Made by a program: the position numbers and the translations under genes
Notes under the pieces: generated by a model
Seen by the model: only the letters and a program-made list of their open reading frames with translations
The model's database searches: none
What the model was told of the DNA's origin: nothing
Shown: positions 43,045 to 44,928 of the stretch, piece by piece
Layout: every line of letters begins with the position of its first letter
Position numbering within the stretch: the first letter of the stretch is position 1
Source: an uncultured Gammaproteobacteria bacterium
GTDB lineage: Bacteria > Pseudomonadota > Gammaproteobacteria > Steroidobacterales > UBA11654
Direction: 5' to 3'
NCBI GenBank assembly: GCA_964008355.1
Contig: CAXGBD010000002.1
Span: 1 to 44,928, forward strand
DNA: 44,928 nt

Positions 43045-44928
43045 TTAAATTACTGGGTAAGCACTATCTACCAATGAATGTATCTTATCGGAAAGCATCA
43101 AAGAAGATTGATTGGGAAGGGATGTTTGATTTATTGGGTTATACAATGTGTCTCTTAGTACAGGAATTCTCTTCATATCCTGGATAAAAGATTCCATTTC
43201 TCTTGGGTAAAATTCTTGTCCATGAATGCCTCCTGCGGATTTAGAAATGGATTCATCCATAAGTGTTCCACCTAGGTCATTAGCCCCTGCATTAAGACAA
43301 GATAAGGCAGCATTTTTTCCCAATTTAACCCAGCTGGTTTGAATATTTTTTATTATGGGATGCAAGTACAATCTAGAGACTGCATGCATTAATAGGACTT
43401 CTCTGAATGTCGGACCAGGACGTGCCTGACCTCTTCGGTACATTGGAGATTCCATACTGACAAAGGGTAGTGGTATAAATTCAGTAATACCCCCCGTTTT
43501 GTTTTGCAGATCTCGGATCTTCATCAGGTGAGTGGCCCAATCACCGATATTCTCCTGGTGACCAAACATTATTGTTGAAGTAGTATTAATGCCCACTTCG
43601 TGAGCGGTAGCGATTATTTCAAGCCAGGTTTTGGTGTCAATTTTATCTGGGCAAATCCTATTTCTGATTCGGTCGTCCAGAATTTCTGCAGCGGTTCCAG
43701 GCATACTATTGAGTCCAGATTCTTTAAGCAAAAGTAGGAAATTCTTGATGGAGTGGCCTAAGGTGCTAGCTCCATGGTGAATTTCCAAAGGTGAGAATGC
43801 GTGAATGTGGATATTGGGCACTTTGTCCTTAATTGCTAGGCAAATATCCACATAGGTTTGACCAGTAAAATGCGGGTGTATGCCCCCTTGCAAACAGACT
43901 TCGGTTGCCCCTTTATAAGACGCTTCTAAGGCACGGTCTGCAATTTCATCACAAGAGATTAGATAAGGTTTACCTCTTAGATTTTCTCTAGTTTTTCCTT
44001 TAGAGTATGCACAAAAAAAACACGAATATTTACAGATATTGGTGTAATTGATATTCCGTGTGATCACGTAACTGACACTATCACCATTCATTTGCTCTCT
44101 GAGTTCATTAGCATGATTCAGTATAAAATTCATCTGATGACCTCTTGCTTTAAACAGGTCAGTGATTTCAGCGTGATCCAATGGTTGGCTTTTCATTGCT
44201 TTTCTGACGGTTTGAGCAATGCTTGAGTGTTGTGGCATAGTGTTATTTCTGATCCAATTCACCGGGTGACCATACTCAGGAACTTCCAACGATTCACCAC
44301 ACCGCCAATGATTTTGTCTAGCGTATCCTTCTGAATCTGAAAGTTCCTGGATAAAGTGCTGTAGCTGAGGGTCATACCATTCTTTTTTAGAGTCAATGTA
44401 TTCAGGGTAAATGGTTAACCTTTCTTGTAATTTTTTACCTGTTTCTTTGGTTGCCTGTTCCAGTATGTTCAATTCTGGCCATGGAGATTCTGGATTGACA
44501 TAATCTTGAGTTATCGGAGAAACACCACCCCAATCATTGATTCCAGCATCGATCAGCTTGGTCAAAGCATTCATGTTGAGATTGGGCGGGCATTGGATGT
44601 TCATTTTTGATCCAAAAATAATGCGTGAGACGGCTAATGTCCACAATAATTCTCGCAAGTCAGCAGGGGGAGTATTGTGCATTTTAGTTCCCGGTTTCGG
44701 GACAAAATTTTGAATAATTATTTCTTGTATATGACCGAATGTTTGATGTAGTTTTCTTATTTCCAAAAGACTCTCAATGCGCTCTCGTTGGGTCTCACCT
44801 ATACCAATTAAAATTCCTGTTGTCAGTGGCACAGAGGCTTCACCCGCTGCAAGTATAGTGCTCAATCTCAGTTCTGGGTTTTTATCAGGTGAACCATAAT
44901 GAGCCTGGCCTTTCATACAAAGTCTCTT
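43045..44928 (-). CDS. fbiC: FO (7,8-didemethyl-8-hydroxy-5-deazariboflavin) synthase, fused CofG-CofH, 5' end outside the window
   Basis: The frame stays open to the window edge. The N-terminal part visible here is mid-CofG (GILIGIGET). The second radical-SAM domain has CKYSCFFCAY, then GGIHP and the GANDLGGT motif of CofH. Confidence 0.8.
   Translation of the reverse strand, partial: KRLCMKGQAHYGSPDKNPELRLSTILAAGEASVPLTTGILIGIGETQRERIESLLEIRKLHQTFGHIQEIIIQNFVPKPGTKMHNTPPADLRELLWTLAVSRIIFGSKMNIQCPPNLNMNALTKLIDAGINDWGGVSPITQDYVNPESPWPELNILEQATKETGKKLQERLTIYPEYIDSKKEWYDPQLQHFIQELSDSEGYARQNHWRCGESLEVPEYGHPVNWIRNNTMPQHSSIAQTVRKAMKSQPLDHAEITDLFKARGHQMNFILNHANELREQMNGDSVSYVITRNINYTNICKYSCFFCAYSKGKTRENLRGKPYLISCDEIADRALEASYKGATEVCLQGGIHPHFTGQTYVDICLAIKDKVPNIHIHAFSPLEIHHGASTLGHSIKNFLLLLKESGLNSMPGTAAEILDDRIRNRICPDKIDTKTWLEIIATAHEVGINTTSTIMFGHQENIGDWATHLMKIRDLQNKTGGITEFIPLPFVSMESPMYRRGQARPGPTFREVLLMHAVSRLYLHPIIKNIQTSWVKLGKNAALSCLNAGANDLGGTLMDESISKSAGGIHGQEFYPREMESFIQDMKRIPVLRDTLYNPINQTSLPNQSSLMLSDKIHSLVDSAYPVI

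Noticed and set aside
1-44928. CRISPR arrays, insertion sequences, prophage or defence-system genes
   Set aside because: I saw no regularly spaced direct repeats and no transposase, integrase, nuclease, ATPase or toxin-like ORFs on either strand. The only sizeable repeats are the two gene duplications described above.

Overview
AT-rich (about 35-40 % G+C by my spot counts), very gene-dense stretch of a Gram-negative, probably marine and streamlined, proteobacterial-type chromosome. Supporting clues are an IbpA-type sHSP, PxpABC, outer-membrane proteins ending in Phe, and spacers of only a few nt. I call 40 protein genes plus one tentative small ORF, one tRNA-Arg(TCG), two hairpin terminators and one sigma-32-like promoter. 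In order, the window holds: (1) the pxpABC 5-oxoprolinase genes and tRNA-Arg; (2) about 23 kb of accessory-looking oxidative catabolism, with four VanA/PaO-like Rieske oxygenase alpha subunits in two subfamilies, four MFS transporters, SDRs, a VOC protein, a family III CoA-transferase, a Tat-signal flavin amine oxidase, an amidase-like CN-hydrolase, an AbfD-type 4-hydroxybutyryl-CoA dehydratase, cytochromes b561 and c, and DUF1838; (3) a FabD-like acyltransferase abutting two tandem DUF5916/CBM9 outer-membrane paralogues; (4) a canonical propionyl-CoA to succinyl-CoA operon (mcm-pccB-pccA-meaB-mce); (5) F420-related genes (LLM oxidoreductase, partial fbiC). I saw no CRISPR, transposase, integrase, phage gene or transcription factor. 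The best candidates for something undescribed are two. First, a visibly GC-richer three-gene cassette (14.4-17.0 kb) joins a Rieske oxygenase, a CMD/AhpD-like protein and a divergent bilin-reductase-fold protein, which recalls the plant PaO/RCCR pairing. Second, a tight six-gene operon (17.0-22.2 kb) combines two hydrolase-fold proteins that lack their canonical nucleophiles with an MFS pump, two cytochromes and DUF1838. All family calls rest on motif recognition by eye, and no searches were run.
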